Part shown: positions 48,611 through 58,724 of the stretch, piece by piece | Layout of the letters: each line of letters starts with the position of its first letter | Position numbering within the stretch: the stretch's first letter is position 1 | NCBI GenBank assembly: GCA_041650995.1 | Contig: JBAZJZ010000002.1 | Location: 13,344-77,343, forward strand | Source: Patescibacteria group bacterium | Lineage (GTDB): Bacteria > Patescibacteriota > Patescibacteriia > XYB2-FULL-38-15 | Length of the DNA: 64,000 bases | Direction: 5' to 3' | Program-made: the position numbers and the translations under genes | Notes under the pieces: generated by a model | What the model was told of the DNA's origin: nothing | The model's database searches: none | Seen by the model: the letters and a program-made list of their open reading frames with translations, nothing else

Positions 48611-49177
48611 ATGGCTTCAACACAAGACATTAAAAGAGGTGTGGTAATTTCATGGAAAAATGATCCACATCTTGTGACTGAATTTCAACACATTATGCCG
48701 GGCAAGGGCTCCGCATTTGTGCGCACAAAATTAAAAAACTTAAAAACAGGAAAAGTTTTGGAAAACACTTTTAAGGTGGGAGAAAAAATTGATTTGGTTG
48801 ATTTGGAAAAAAGAAAAGTTCAGTATCTTTATGCGAGCGGCGAAAAATTCGCCTTTATGGATAACAACACTTACGAGCAGTTTGAATTGGGAGTTGAGGT
48901 TTTGGCTGGTTTTGAAAAATATTTGAAAGAAGGATTAGAAGTTGTTTTACTTTTCTCCGATGGGACACCCATTACCGTGGAGTTTCCAAAAAAAGTTTCT
49001 TATAAAGTTACCGAGGCTGAGCCGGGCGTAAAAGGCGATACGGCTTCCGGCAGGGTGACAAAAGAAGTGTCCCTTGAAACTGGTTTAAAAATTCGTGTGC
49101 CTCTTTTTATTAAAGAGGGCGACACGGTTATTATCAACACAGAAACTGGTGAGTACGCCGAGAGAGCGACGGAGTAA
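48611..49177 (+). CDS. efp: Elongation factor P
   Basis: PGKGSAFVRTKLKN; PGVKGDTA; VPLFIKEGD. Confidence 0.96.
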   Translation: MASTQDIKRGVVISWKNDPHLVTEFQHIMPGKGSAFVRTKLKNLKTGKVLENTFKVGEKIDLVDLEKRKVQYLYASGEKFAFMDNNTYEQFELGVEVLAGFEKYLKEGLEVVLLFSDGTPITVEFPKKVSYKVTEAEPGVKGDTASGRVTKEVSLETGLKIRVPLFIKEGDTVIINTETGEYAERATE

Positions 49178-49193
49178 AAATTTTAGCGTAATT

Positions 49194-49227
49194 AAAAAAC
49201 CCGCCGATGAGGCGGGTTTTATTTTTT
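49194..49227. terminator. Bidirectional terminator between efp and recA
   Basis: aaaaaacccgcc gatga ggcgggtttt. Confidence 0.75.
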
Positions 49228-49232
49228 ATGTT

Positions 49233-50276
49233 TTATTCAGCGACGGGGCCATTTTCGTCGTTTTCCGCGGCGGCTTCTGACGCACTTATAACCTTTTTTC
49301 GTATTTCGGCCATTAATTTTGGATTTTCTTTTAGAAATCTTTTCGCCGTTTCTCGGCCGACGCCGAGTTTTGTTTCGCCATAGTTGTAGGAATTCCCGCT
49401 TTTATTTATTACTTTATAAACCACGGAGGTATCGAGTAAATCTCCGGAAAGAGAAATTCCTTCATTATACATAATATCAAACTCGCAAAATCTAAAGGGA
49501 GGCGCGACCTTGTTTTTTACAATTTTTGCTTTGACTCGGTTGCCGATAATTTGATCGCCTTGTTTTATTTGCGCGGCGCGGCGCACTTCAATGCGGACCG
49601 AAGAATAAAATTTAAGGGCCATTCCGCCGGTTGTGGTTTCGGGGTTTCCAAAAACAATGCCGATTTTATGTCTGATTTGGTTAATGAAGATAAGGGCGGT
49701 CTTAGTTTTAGAAATAACGCCGGTCAGTTTACGTAAGGCCTGCGACATTAATCTCGCCTGAAGCCCCATATGTTGATCGCCCATCTCGCCTTCAATTTCC
49801 GCTTTTGGCACGAGCGCGGCGACCGAATCTACAACGATTACATCAACACCGCCAGAACGGACTAGGGTTTCCACAATTTCTAAAGCCTGCTCGCCTGTGT
49901 CAGGCTGGGAAATTAAGAGTTCTTCAATATTGACGCCGATTTTTGAAGCGTACTCTGGATCAAGAGCGTGCTCGGCGTCGACAAAAGCAGCAATACCTCC
50001 GGCTTTTTGAATTTCCGCCACGACATGTTGAGCTAGGGTCGTTTTTCCACTCGCCTCTGGACCGAAAATTTCAATAATTCTTCCGCGCGGCATCCCGCCA
50101 ATACCCAACGCCAAATCTAAAGATAAACAGCCAGAGGGGACAGACTCAACTTCCATTCTCTTCGCCTCTCCCAGTTTCATAATTGAGCCATCGCCGAATC
50201 GTTCTTTAATTTGGTCGATTGCCTCCTGGGCCGCTTTAAATTTTTCTGAGACTTTTTCTTTATTCTCTTTAGTCAT
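49233..50276 (-). CDS. recA: Recombinase RecA
   Basis: [30 protein letters not shown]. Confidence 0.98.
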   Translation of the reverse strand: MTKENKEKVSEKFKAAQEAIDQIKERFGDGSIMKLGEAKRMEVESVPSGCLSLDLALGIGGMPRGRIIEIFGPEASGKTTLAQHVVAEIQKAGGIAAFVDAEHALDPEYASKIGVNIEELLISQPDTGEQALEIVETLVRSGGVDVIVVDSVAALVPKAEIEGEMGDQHMGLQARLMSQALRKLTGVISKTKTALIFINQIRHKIGIVFGNPETTTGGMALKFYSSVRIEVRRAAQIKQGDQIIGNRVKAKIVKNKVAPPFRFCEFDIMYNEGISLSGDLLDTSVVYKVINKSGNSYNYGETKLGVGRETAKRFLKENPKLMAEIRKKVISASEAAAENDENGPVAE

Positions 50277-50293
50277 ATTTTTTATGATTTAAA

Positions 50294-50953
50294 TTATTTT
50301 AAAATAACTTGTCTATAAATTATATTTTCTCGACTGCGTTTTTTGGCCGCGGAAACCTTAATAATATTTAAACCAGTTTTAAGACTAATTGTTTCGTTGA
50401 AATTGCCCGCGGCGTCGGTTTGGATGGCCTGGTCATTTATTTTAACATTTACTTCTTTTTCCGTATAGCCCGATACCGTAATAGTGGGAGCTTCGGTGGT
50501 TAAGTTATTTTCCGGACTAAGCAAAGAAAGATTTGGTGGAGAAAAAATATTGTTTATTTCAAAACCAAGGTAGGTAAGAAGCAAAATGACAAAAACAGCG
50601 GCGACGGAAATTTCAATTAAACGAGGGGTGACAATAAAATTTTTTGAAGAAATTTTTTGAAGAAAAGCGGCTTTTTTTATTCGCTTACTAGTTAAATTTT
50701 CTTTTTCAAAAATTTTTTTTAGCCCGGTAAGATCCAAATTCAAAAAATTGGCGTAATTTTCCAAAATTTTTTCAGAATAAACTCCGCCGGGCAGATTTTC
50801 ATAATCTCCAGCCTCGAGGGCGGTAAGGTGGGTTAGTCTTAAGCGGGTAACATCTGCCACCTCCTCGAGAGAAAGATTTTGTTCCCGGCGGGCTTCAGAA
50901 AGAATTTCGCCAACAGTTTTATTTTTTATTTGAGTAACGGAAAATTTATACAT
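50294..50953 (-). CDS. RodZ-like HTH_25 membrane protein with C-terminal Ig-like domain
   Basis: GEILSEARRE..LSLEEVA...LEAGDY..LP...Y..YANFL; TM; downstream of ftsK. Confidence 0.8.
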   Translation of the reverse strand: MYKFSVTQIKNKTVGEILSEARREQNLSLEEVADVTRLRLTHLTALEAGDYENLPGGVYSEKILENYANFLNLDLTGLKKIFEKENLTSKRIKKAAFLQKISSKNFIVTPRLIEISVAAVFVILLLTYLGFEINNIFSPPNLSLLSPENNLTTEAPTITVSGYTEKEVNVKINDQAIQTDAAGNFNETISLKTGLNIIKVSAAKKRSRENIIYRQVILK

Positions 50954-53162
50954 TTTCTTCAGAGTTTTCTTCCTCCTCTATAAGATTGTCATTTTCAATT
51001 TCTTTGGGAGCGGCTACTGCGCCGGCAATCAAGATATCGCGCGGTTTAGCGCCATCTGCTGGCCCAATTATTCCTTGTTCTTCCATAAGATCAAGCAGAC
51101 GTGCGGCTCGGGCATAACCAACTTTCAGTCGTCGTTGAAGAAGAGAGGCCGAAGCTTTTCCAGCCTGAACAATAACTTCTTTCGCATCAGAAAGTAATTC
51201 ATCATCAGAATCATTTCCCAAATCAAGACCAGGAACAGAAATGCCAAAAGCGGGTTTTTGGGTAACTTCTTCAAGATATTCTGGTTCATCCTGATTTTTT
51301 AGATAATCAATAACTTTTTTAATTTCGTGATCTCGAACAAGCGCGCCCTGCAGCCGTTTTGGCTTTCCGAGATCCGGACAAGTGTAAAGCATATCGCCGC
51401 GGCCTAAAAGTTTTTCCGCGCCAGAAGTATCCAAAATTGTTCGCGAATCAGTGTTTGAGGCCACGGCAAAAGCGATGCGGGTTGTGATATTGGCTTTGAT
51501 TAAACCAGTAATAATATTAACTGATGGTCGCTGTGTCGCCAAAATTAAATGAATGCCAACGGCGCGGGCCATTTGTGCCAAGCGGATAATCGCCGCTTCT
51601 ACTTCTGCCGCAGCCACCGCCATCAAATCTGCCAACTCATCAATAATCAAAACAAGGTATGGCATTTTTTCTCCGCTTTCACGGTTGAAAGCGCCGATGT
51701 CGCGCTTCCCATGTTTAGATAATAATTCAAACCGGCGATCCATTTCTCCAATCACCCATTTTAAGGCGTTCACGGTTTTGACTGTATCTGTAATAACCGG
51801 CGTTAAAAGATGGGGGATGCCGTTGTAAACCGTAAATTCAACGCGTTTTGGGTCAACCATAATTAAACGCAAATCGTCTGGGCTATTTTGATAAAGTAAG
51901 CTCACAATCACAGTGTTTAAACAGACGCTTTTGCCCGAACCGGTTGAGCCGGCCACTAGTAAGTGGGGCATTTTCCCCAAATCTGAAACCCACACTTTTC
52001 CGGAAACATCTTTTCCAAGCGCGACCGTGAGATTTGTTTTTCTTTGTTTAAATTCCGGTGCCCGCAAAATTTCTTTTAAATTTACGGCGGCAACTTTTTG
52101 GTTTGGGACTTCAATTCCGACAAGGGATTTCCCCGGAATTGGGGCCTCAATTCTAATAGGGTGAGCGGCCAGAGCCAAGGAGAGATCATTATGAAGACTT
52201 GTGATTTTTGTGAGCTTCACGCCGTCAGCCGGTTTTAAAGTATATTGTGTTACCGTCGGTCCAACCGAAATGTCTCCCATTTCCACAATAATACCAAAAT
52301 TTTCTAAAGTTTTTTGGATAATGTTCATCTGGGTTTTAATATCACCGCTTGTCGGCTTTTCAGATTGGTCATCTAAAAGATCAATGGGCAAGTCGATTTT
52401 TTTCCGTTCAGTCTTAACGACAAGAGGAATCATTTCAGGAGTAGGTTGTGTCTCCGCTCCGGCGGGCAAATTTTTTGTTTCAAAAGAAGGGGCGGCTGTG
52501 ACTGAAGCCTCAGCCGGTTCTTGTCCTGGTTCAATATTTTCCGCAGTTTCTTCTTGCGGTTTTCCGCTAAACTTCATGCCCAAAAACAAGAGTTTGATTT
52601 TTTGATAAATTTTTCTCCAAAAATTTCCTTTTTCCGCGATTGTGTGGAGCGAGGTATTGAAAGTTAAGAGAATAGAAGAAATAAAAACGGCAAAAATAAT
52701 CAGAATGGTTGCCACCTGACCCAAGGAAATTAAAAGGGGGTAAGAAAGAATTAGCCCTAAATATCCGCCGCCGCTTCGGAGGCCGGCGAAAGAAAATGGA
52801 TCATCATAAGAAAATCCAAGATGGAGAAGACTTTCTATAGAGAGAACCAAAAAGAAAAGACCGACATAATTTGAAATGCCGAGTTCATATTTTTCTCCAT
52901 TCAAAATAATATAGCCCAACCCCAGAAGAATAATCGGGATAACAAAGCGGCCTAAACCGAAAAATGAAGAAAGGGCGCTTTCTATCCGTATTCCCGCCGC
53001 GCCGGCTAAATTAAAAAGACTAAGAATACTGATGCCAGCCAAGGCAAAAAGAAAGATAATTACGATACCCTTTTTAGTATCCGGATTAATTTTTCCATTA
53101 TTTCTTCTGCCGTTTTTCCGCCCCTCATTTTTTTCCTCTTTTGTATATTTTATTTTAGGCAT
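50946..53162 (-). CDS. ftsK: DNA translocase FtsK/SpoIIIE
   Basis: PHLLVAGSTGSGKS, DPKRVE, IDELADL, ATQRPS, gamma domain LLQRRLKVGYARAAR. Confidence 0.96.
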   Translation of the reverse strand: MPKIKYTKEEKNEGRKNGRRNNGKINPDTKKGIVIIFLFALAGISILSLFNLAGAAGIRIESALSSFFGLGRFVIPIILLGLGYIILNGEKYELGISNYVGLFFLVLSIESLLHLGFSYDDPFSFAGLRSGGGYLGLILSYPLLISLGQVATILIIFAVFISSILLTFNTSLHTIAEKGNFWRKIYQKIKLLFLGMKFSGKPQEETAENIEPGQEPAEASVTAAPSFETKNLPAGAETQPTPEMIPLVVKTERKKIDLPIDLLDDQSEKPTSGDIKTQMNIIQKTLENFGIIVEMGDISVGPTVTQYTLKPADGVKLTKITSLHNDLSLALAAHPIRIEAPIPGKSLVGIEVPNQKVAAVNLKEILRAPEFKQRKTNLTVALGKDVSGKVWVSDLGKMPHLLVAGSTGSGKSVCLNTVIVSLLYQNSPDDLRLIMVDPKRVEFTVYNGIPHLLTPVITDTVKTVNALKWVIGEMDRRFELLSKHGKRDIGAFNRESGEKMPYLVLIIDELADLMAVAAAEVEAAIIRLAQMARAVGIHLILATQRPSVNIITGLIKANITTRIAFAVASNTDSRTILDTSGAEKLLGRGDMLYTCPDLGKPKRLQGALVRDHEIKKVIDYLKNQDEPEYLEEVTQKPAFGISVPGLDLGNDSDDELLSDAKEVIVQAGKASASLLQRRLKVGYARAARLLDLMEEQGIIGPADGAKPRDILIAGAVAAPKEIENDNLIEEEENSEENV

Positions 53163-53293
53163 ACCTCCCAAATAAATGATAATTTATTCTTAAATTATAG
53201 TATTATTTAGAGGAAAAGTAAATCCCCACACCAGCAACTATTGGTATGAGAGTAAATCCTCTTGACAAAGAGGGGTTTTTTTCTTAGAATGAC

Positions 53294-53515
53294 AAAAACC
53301 CCGCGCTTTAGAGTGAAAGCACGGGGCAGAATAGCAGAGAAAGAACTGGAGGCAGTGAGCTCGGCTTGGTCCCGTCATTCGACAGGACGCCGGACCCGGG
53401 ATTGGTTAAAGTGAAAAATTGAGTGTGCACCCGATTTTTACTATTCCAATCCTTCCCGACCCCCATTTCTTTCTTGGCTATTTTTGTTTAAGGTTAGGGC
53501 TTTTTTAGCACTAAC
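53294..53515 (-). ncRNA. Candidate independently transcribed structured RNA (~220 nt)
   Basis: Promoter TTGACA(53549-44)-N17-TATACT with TG extension; long closing stem 53330-53352/53460-53482; inner hairpins; terminator at 53294-53326. Confidence 0.55.
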
Positions 53516-53613
53516 ATTGAAGTATATCATAAAATTAGAATTTTGTCAAGAGTTATTGACAAAACCGCCATTAAAGGCGGTTTTTTAGTTTATTTCAGGT
53601 TTTATAAAGATTA

Positions 53614-55227
53614 TCAATTTTTTACTTTATAAATTATCACTTCATTGTTTTGATAAACATTTTCTAGATATTTATCTTCGTCGGGATTAAAATTAGCTGC
53701 GTTTTTTTCTTCGGGGCCGAAAAAGAGGTAATCGATTTTATTTATTTTTAAGAAAGTGGCCCTTGTTTGGCTATTAAAGCGGGAAAAATAATATTTTAGC
53801 CACTCAGTCTTTATTGTTTGCGCGGCAGTTAAACCCCACTGGCCAACATAAACCGAGCGCAAGGAAATAGCAGGAATGAGATTGCCGTTTGGCGGGGAAG
53901 TTAGGATAACACTTTCTTCGGCAGTATTATTTTTAAGCCAGATCATCGCTTCATTTTTATTCTTTGATAAGTAAGGTGCATAGATCTGAGGAGGAGCTGA
54001 ATAGTAGACTAAGTCGTCAATGATTAAGAAATAATTAGAAAGACTAAAAACAATAAAAATAAACCATAACAAAATTTTTTTTCTATCAAACAATTTTTTA
54101 AAGATGGTATTTGTGTCAAAAAGGTAAAAAAATCCATTCATAGCCAGGAGAGCCATCACTATTTGTAAACCGGTGGTCATGCGACGCGCGAAATTAACCG
54201 GCGCGTAAATTAAGATTATTTGAGCGAAAAACCAGGCGAGAAGGAAAAAAGATTTATCATTTTTTTCTTTTTTTAATAAAATAAAGGTTCCGAAACAAGC
54301 CGAAAGAAAAAGAAAGCCATAGCTTAAAAATGTTACGCTGAGATTGGGAATAAGGCAAATGTTTTGGAGAGCAAATTGTTGGCGGGTCCAGAAATTTTTT
54401 AAAGTCCAGATATGATAAATAATCGCAGGGAGAGAAATTGTTAGTAAAATAAAATAATGTTTCAAAACATCCCATTTAATTTTTTTATTTTTCAAACATA
54501 AAAATATAAAATATACTCCCAAAATGCCAGCGAGAGCAGGCGCGTTGTAAGGATGAAATTGGAAAAGGAAAAGAGCTGTGAGGCCAGCTAAGAGGCTGTA
54601 ATTTTTTTTATTTTTTTCAATTGCAAGAAGAGTTAAAAACAAAACCGCGATAAAGAGAGTGAGTGAGGCGATAAAATGAGGAGAGTTGTAGAGTGTTGAA
54701 AAAGTGAAGGCCTCGGGAACCCAAAGATCCATGGGCCAGGCCGACGGGGTTATGGAAAAAATTTTGGAAATTAACCAGACAAGCCAGCCTAATCCCGAAG
54801 CAAAAATTAAAAAAAGAAAACAGGGTTTTCTTTTTTTTTCTTCCTTAAAAAAATGGGAAATAAAAATGTAGGCGACGGCTAAAAAAACAGGGATTAAAAA
54901 AATTCTAGAGAGTTGATAAACAGCGAAACTTGAGAGAGAAAATATTTTAGCGAAAAGCCCGACACCGAGCCAGAAAGGATCAAAGATAAAACGTCCTTCC
55001 GACTCGGAAGTAAATAAATTTTTAAAAATAATGTGACCACTTTTTACTTGTTCAATCCAAGAATAATAAACTGGCGTGTCAGCATGATCAATAAGTTGAA
55101 AGCCGAGAAAAAGACTATCTTCTGGAGTAGAAAAAAATCCGAATAAGATCGGAAGAGAAGTGACGATTACGAGCAGTAAGCTCACAAGCCCGATAAATTT
55201 CCATTCCTTTGAATTAATTTCCGGCAT
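53614..55227 (-). CDS. Multi-TM GT-C-like membrane protein
   Basis: DTPVYYSWIEQ loop, about 12 TM, WLKNNT..ESVIL...IDYLFFG C-terminus. Confidence 0.65.
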   Translation of the reverse strand: MPEINSKEWKFIGLVSLLLVIVTSLPILFGFFSTPEDSLFLGFQLIDHADTPVYYSWIEQVKSGHIIFKNLFTSESEGRFIFDPFWLGVGLFAKIFSLSSFAVYQLSRIFLIPVFLAVAYIFISHFFKEEKKRKPCFLFLIFASGLGWLVWLISKIFSITPSAWPMDLWVPEAFTFSTLYNSPHFIASLTLFIAVLFLTLLAIEKNKKNYSLLAGLTALFLFQFHPYNAPALAGILGVYFIFLCLKNKKIKWDVLKHYFILLTISLPAIIYHIWTLKNFWTRQQFALQNICLIPNLSVTFLSYGFLFLSACFGTFILLKKEKNDKSFFLLAWFFAQIILIYAPVNFARRMTTGLQIVMALLAMNGFFYLFDTNTIFKKLFDRKKILLWFIFIVFSLSNYFLIIDDLVYYSAPPQIYAPYLSKNKNEAMIWLKNNTAEESVILTSPPNGNLIPAISLRSVYVGQWGLTAAQTIKTEWLKYYFSRFNSQTRATFLKINKIDYLFFGPEEKNAANFNPDEDKYLENVYQNNEVIIYKVKN

Positions 55228-55933
55228 GGGATTTTTTTAATCGCCAAATTTCTTTTAAATATCCAAGGGAAACTTTTATAAAATTCACTCGGCTCTTGCG
55301 TCCGATTTTTTTGTGTTCGGTCCAGATGACGGGGATTTCTTTTACGCGATAATTTTGTTTTTCCGCAAGGACAATCATTTCAGTATCAAAAAACCATTCA
55401 TTATTTTTTATTTGTGGAAGAATATTTTTAATAACTATATGATTTACGGCCTTAAAACCGCAGGGAGCATCTTTTGTTTTAAGTTTTAGTGTAAGGTATA
55501 AAATAATTCGATAAATTCTAGAAACAATTTTTCTAATTAAGGAGCGTTTTACTTTAGATTCTGGGAGAAAACGCGCACCGGCAGCGAGGTCATAATTTTC
55601 CCGGCTGACCGCGGCGATGAGGGCGGGGAGGGCGGAAAGATTAGTTGCCAAATCTGCATCCATAAAAGCATAAACATCAGCCTTCTCCCTTTCCCAGGCC
55701 GTGCGAATGGCCCATCCCTTTCCTTTTTGCGGGAGATGCAAATATTTTATTTCTACAAAATTTTTTTCCAAATTTTTACCAATCTCTCCGGTGCGATCAC
55801 TGGAATTATTATCGGCGATGACAATTTGCCAATTGTCTGTGATATTTTTTTTCAAAAAATCATAAAGCTTAAGAGCATTCTCCTTTAAAATTGATTCCTC
55901 ATTATAAACCGGGAGCGCTACCAATATTTTCAT
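55214..55933 (-). CDS. Family 2 glycosyltransferase (polyprenyl-phosphate sugar synthase-like)
   Basis: LPVYNEE, ADNNSSDRT, GKGWA, FMDADL, DAPCGFK, WFFDTE. Confidence 0.9.
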   Translation of the reverse strand: MKILVALPVYNEESILKENALKLYDFLKKNITDNWQIVIADNNSSDRTGEIGKNLEKNFVEIKYLHLPQKGKGWAIRTAWEREKADVYAFMDADLATNLSALPALIAAVSRENYDLAAGARFLPESKVKRSLIRKIVSRIYRIILYLTLKLKTKDAPCGFKAVNHIVIKNILPQIKNNEWFFDTEMIVLAEKQNYRVKEIPVIWTEHKKIGRKSRVNFIKVSLGYLKEIWRLKKSHAGN

Positions 55934-55981
55934 AAATTTAACTTACGACAAATAATTTACAATTTGTCTGGTTGTATGTTG

Positions 55982-57577
55982 TCAGTCGTTTATTAACTTA
56001 TAAATTTTCCCTTCATCATCCTTATAAACCATTTGAAAATGTCCATCACTTTTCAAATTATTTTCTAAAGCAATATGGTCTTTATCCACAAAAACATATT
56101 CAGAGTGAAAATCATTTTTAACAATTTCAGAAATATTTGCCCTCCGGCCGGTTGTAATATCAACCCAAACCTTATGCAGGTCTTTATTATAATCATACAT
56201 AAAAGTTGGATCAAGTCCTGCAATATAGTAGTTATGAGTATTATAATAAAAAAGGGCGGGAAAATCATCCCAATCATTATGAAAAATAATGGCCCTTTCC
56301 GACGTATTATTTTTTAACCATTCGGCCACGCCGCGGTATTTATAGATAGAGCCACCGGAAAGATAGAGTTGTTTTATGGACCAGATATTTCGTACGGAAG
56401 TAAACGGGATCATAATTAAGACGTAAACAAGGATGAGGCTAAAAAAAATTTTTCTTTTTTGCCGCCAAACATTAATCGCGGGCAGATATTTTTTTATTAA
56501 AGACAGAGGCTCGTTTAAAACAAAAGCGGAAGCAAGCGCAGCAAAGGGGATGAAATATTCAACATTGCGACGAGAGCGCAAAGTTAAGGCCAAAAAAAAG
56601 AGTGCAAGAAGAGTTAAGGAAAAAATTTGAGTTTTTGTTTTTGGATCTTGGGCGGCAAGTCTTTCTTTAGTGGAAAATTTTTTAAGAAAATTTATAAAAA
56701 TTACAGTGAAAGAAAGAATTAGTAAAATAAAAACAAAAGAAGAGTTGGCAATTAAGTCGCCCAAGCCATAAGGATACCATTCTGCCCCCACGCCGATTTT
56801 ATCCTGATAATTTATGACAGCGATTTTAATTATTTGTTGCCAGTAAAAAAATAAATTTTTAGGGAAAAACGGATTGATGACAATTCCAGCCGCAAGGCCA
56901 CCAAAACATGCTAAAAAAAGTTTAACATTTTCTTTGGAAAAAATATTTTTAAAGAAATTTTTTATAAATAATTTTATTCCCGTGAAATTATCAGTGGCGT
57001 TTATGACAGCTTCGGCAAAGATATAGAATAAAGTTAAAACTAAAATGAGCGGCCATCCGCCGTAAGTCCACACATATATAAATGATAAAAGAAAAAGCGG
57101 CCAAAGTTTTCGGCGGAAAATAAAATAAAGACCAAGAAGTAAGATTATAAGTGAAAAGGACGCGGCTTTGGCTAGATTTATTCTAAAAACAAGAGGGCTT
57201 GAAACTAGGAGAACTAAAGAATACAAAAACGCGCCTTTGATTTGAAATTTTTTCAGAAACCAATAGAAAACTAAAATCAAAAGCGCGGCGGAAAGCGCGG
57301 TAAAAAGCTTTATTCCGACCAGCGGGTCGAGAAAGGTGACAAAAGGAATGAGAGCGACATGATATAAAAAATGGTGGTCGGCGAAATTATTTTTTAAAAC
57401 AGTAAATTGCAACCATGGGAAGTCTCTAACAATTCCTTGGTCGCGGGTTAAGACAGCCATCTTGGCGTGGTAAAAAGAATCTGGGTCGGGAAAGGTCGGG
57501 GAAATTTGAAAGTATGAAAAAAGAGAAAACGCGACGATGAAAAGTAAAAAATATTTTAATAATTCTATTTTTTTCAT
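55982..57577 (-). CDS. Multi-TM GT-C-like glycosyltransferase
   Basis: DPDSFYHAKMA, many TM, EW.P motif, IFHNDWDDFPALF...GLDPTF. Confidence 0.68.
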   Translation of the reverse strand: MKKIELLKYFLLFIVAFSLFSYFQISPTFPDPDSFYHAKMAVLTRDQGIVRDFPWLQFTVLKNNFADHHFLYHVALIPFVTFLDPLVGIKLFTALSAALLILVFYWFLKKFQIKGAFLYSLVLLVSSPLVFRINLAKAASFSLIILLLGLYFIFRRKLWPLFLLSFIYVWTYGGWPLILVLTLFYIFAEAVINATDNFTGIKLFIKNFFKNIFSKENVKLFLACFGGLAAGIVINPFFPKNLFFYWQQIIKIAVINYQDKIGVGAEWYPYGLGDLIANSSFVFILLILSFTVIFINFLKKFSTKERLAAQDPKTKTQIFSLTLLALFFLALTLRSRRNVEYFIPFAALASAFVLNEPLSLIKKYLPAINVWRQKRKIFFSLILVYVLIMIPFTSVRNIWSIKQLYLSGGSIYKYRGVAEWLKNNTSERAIIFHNDWDDFPALFYYNTHNYYIAGLDPTFMYDYNKDLHKVWVDITTGRRANISEIVKNDFHSEYVFVDKDHIALENNLKSDGHFQMVYKDDEGKIYKLIND

Positions 57578-57607
57578 CGGATAGGTTTCCTCCTTTAGAA
57601 GTTTTGA

Positions 57608-58633
57608 TTAGCCAAGTTGTTTTTTAAAGAAATCAACCCAGGGAACAGGGGAGGGATCTAAATTATAATTTATTGCGAGATGAAAACTAAGATAACTTCC
57701 AAAAACCAAGGCTTCAAAAGATTGCAGTATTTTAGTTTTTGATTTTGGAGCGTATTCAATAAAATTAATTTTATTTTTTGCGAGTACGGTTTTTAATATT
57801 TTGTATCTTTTTTGGTCGCGCGGCAGATAAAGATTTGAATTTATAAGAAGAAAAACAAGATTTTTCTGGTTAGTCGCCGGATTTTTTAATCCTTCCATTA
57901 AATGATGATTTAATTCAGGAAGTTCGAAATAGGCGGCAAAACATTTTGCATTTTCATTTATTTGATTTGCCATTATATGGGCATTGCCAGAGAGAAATTC
58001 TGAAGCGACAAGAATCGGAGCTTTGTTTTTCAATTTTGCCGCGAAAGTTGCGGTCGAGTTTTCTTTATTTTGGAGAACGTTTAAAGTTTTTTCGATCTCT
58101 TTATTATCAACGTTTAAAACGCCACATTTTTTAAGAAGTCCAATCTGTCCGAAGATTGAATATCCCAAGCCCATACGAGGTTGGTTTGAGGGGTTGTAAG
58201 TCGTTTCAAAAATATAAGCAGGATATTTATTAGCGCGTAAAAAAGTAGCTAGTTTTCCGCCGGCGGCAATACCTACAATTTTCGCTTTCCTTTTTTTTGC
58301 TTCAGCGGCGCAAGATAATGTTTCTTCAGTATTTCCGGAGTAACTTGAAAGGATGACCAAAGTTGTTGGACCAACGTAGGCCGGGAGTTTGTAGCCGCGG
58401 ACGATTTCCAGCGGCTTTTTCAATTTGTCGGCGAAAAGAGATTGAATCAAGTGACCGCCAAGCGCTGAACCGCCCATGCCCGAGATGACAATATTTTCCA
58501 CGCCACGATAGGCGACTGGAATTTTCATTTTTTTAACCTCTCGCCAAGCCGCCTCACATTGCTTGCCTAAAAGTTCGATTGACCCGAGCAAATTTGATTT
58601 GTCTAATTTTTTGATTTGTTGAGGAATAATCAT
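57608..58633 (-). CDS. Bifunctional phosphoglucose/phosphomannose isomerase (SIS domain)
   Basis: SGMGGSALGG, SSYSGNTEET, QPRMGLG, QINENAK, LPELNHH. Confidence 0.9.
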   Translation of the reverse strand: MIIPQQIKKLDKSNLLGSIELLGKQCEAAWREVKKMKIPVAYRGVENIVISGMGGSALGGHLIQSLFADKLKKPLEIVRGYKLPAYVGPTTLVILSSYSGNTEETLSCAAEAKKRKAKIVGIAAGGKLATFLRANKYPAYIFETTYNPSNQPRMGLGYSIFGQIGLLKKCGVLNVDNKEIEKTLNVLQNKENSTATFAAKLKNKAPILVASEFLSGNAHIMANQINENAKCFAAYFELPELNHHLMEGLKNPATNQKNLVFLLINSNLYLPRDQKRYKILKTVLAKNKINFIEYAPKSKTKILQSFEALVFGSYLSFHLAINYNLDPSPVPWVDFFKKQLG

Positions 58634-58724
58634 GTTTATAAGGTCATTATTTTATTTCTTTATTCTAACATTTTTAATATAAATAAAAAAGCCCGGACAT
58701 AAGCCGGGCTAAAACGCGCTTAAT

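Noticed and set aside
49177-49233. Strand switch as replication terminus
   Set aside because: Explained by convergent operons; no dif site recognised and the window is too short for skew analysis.
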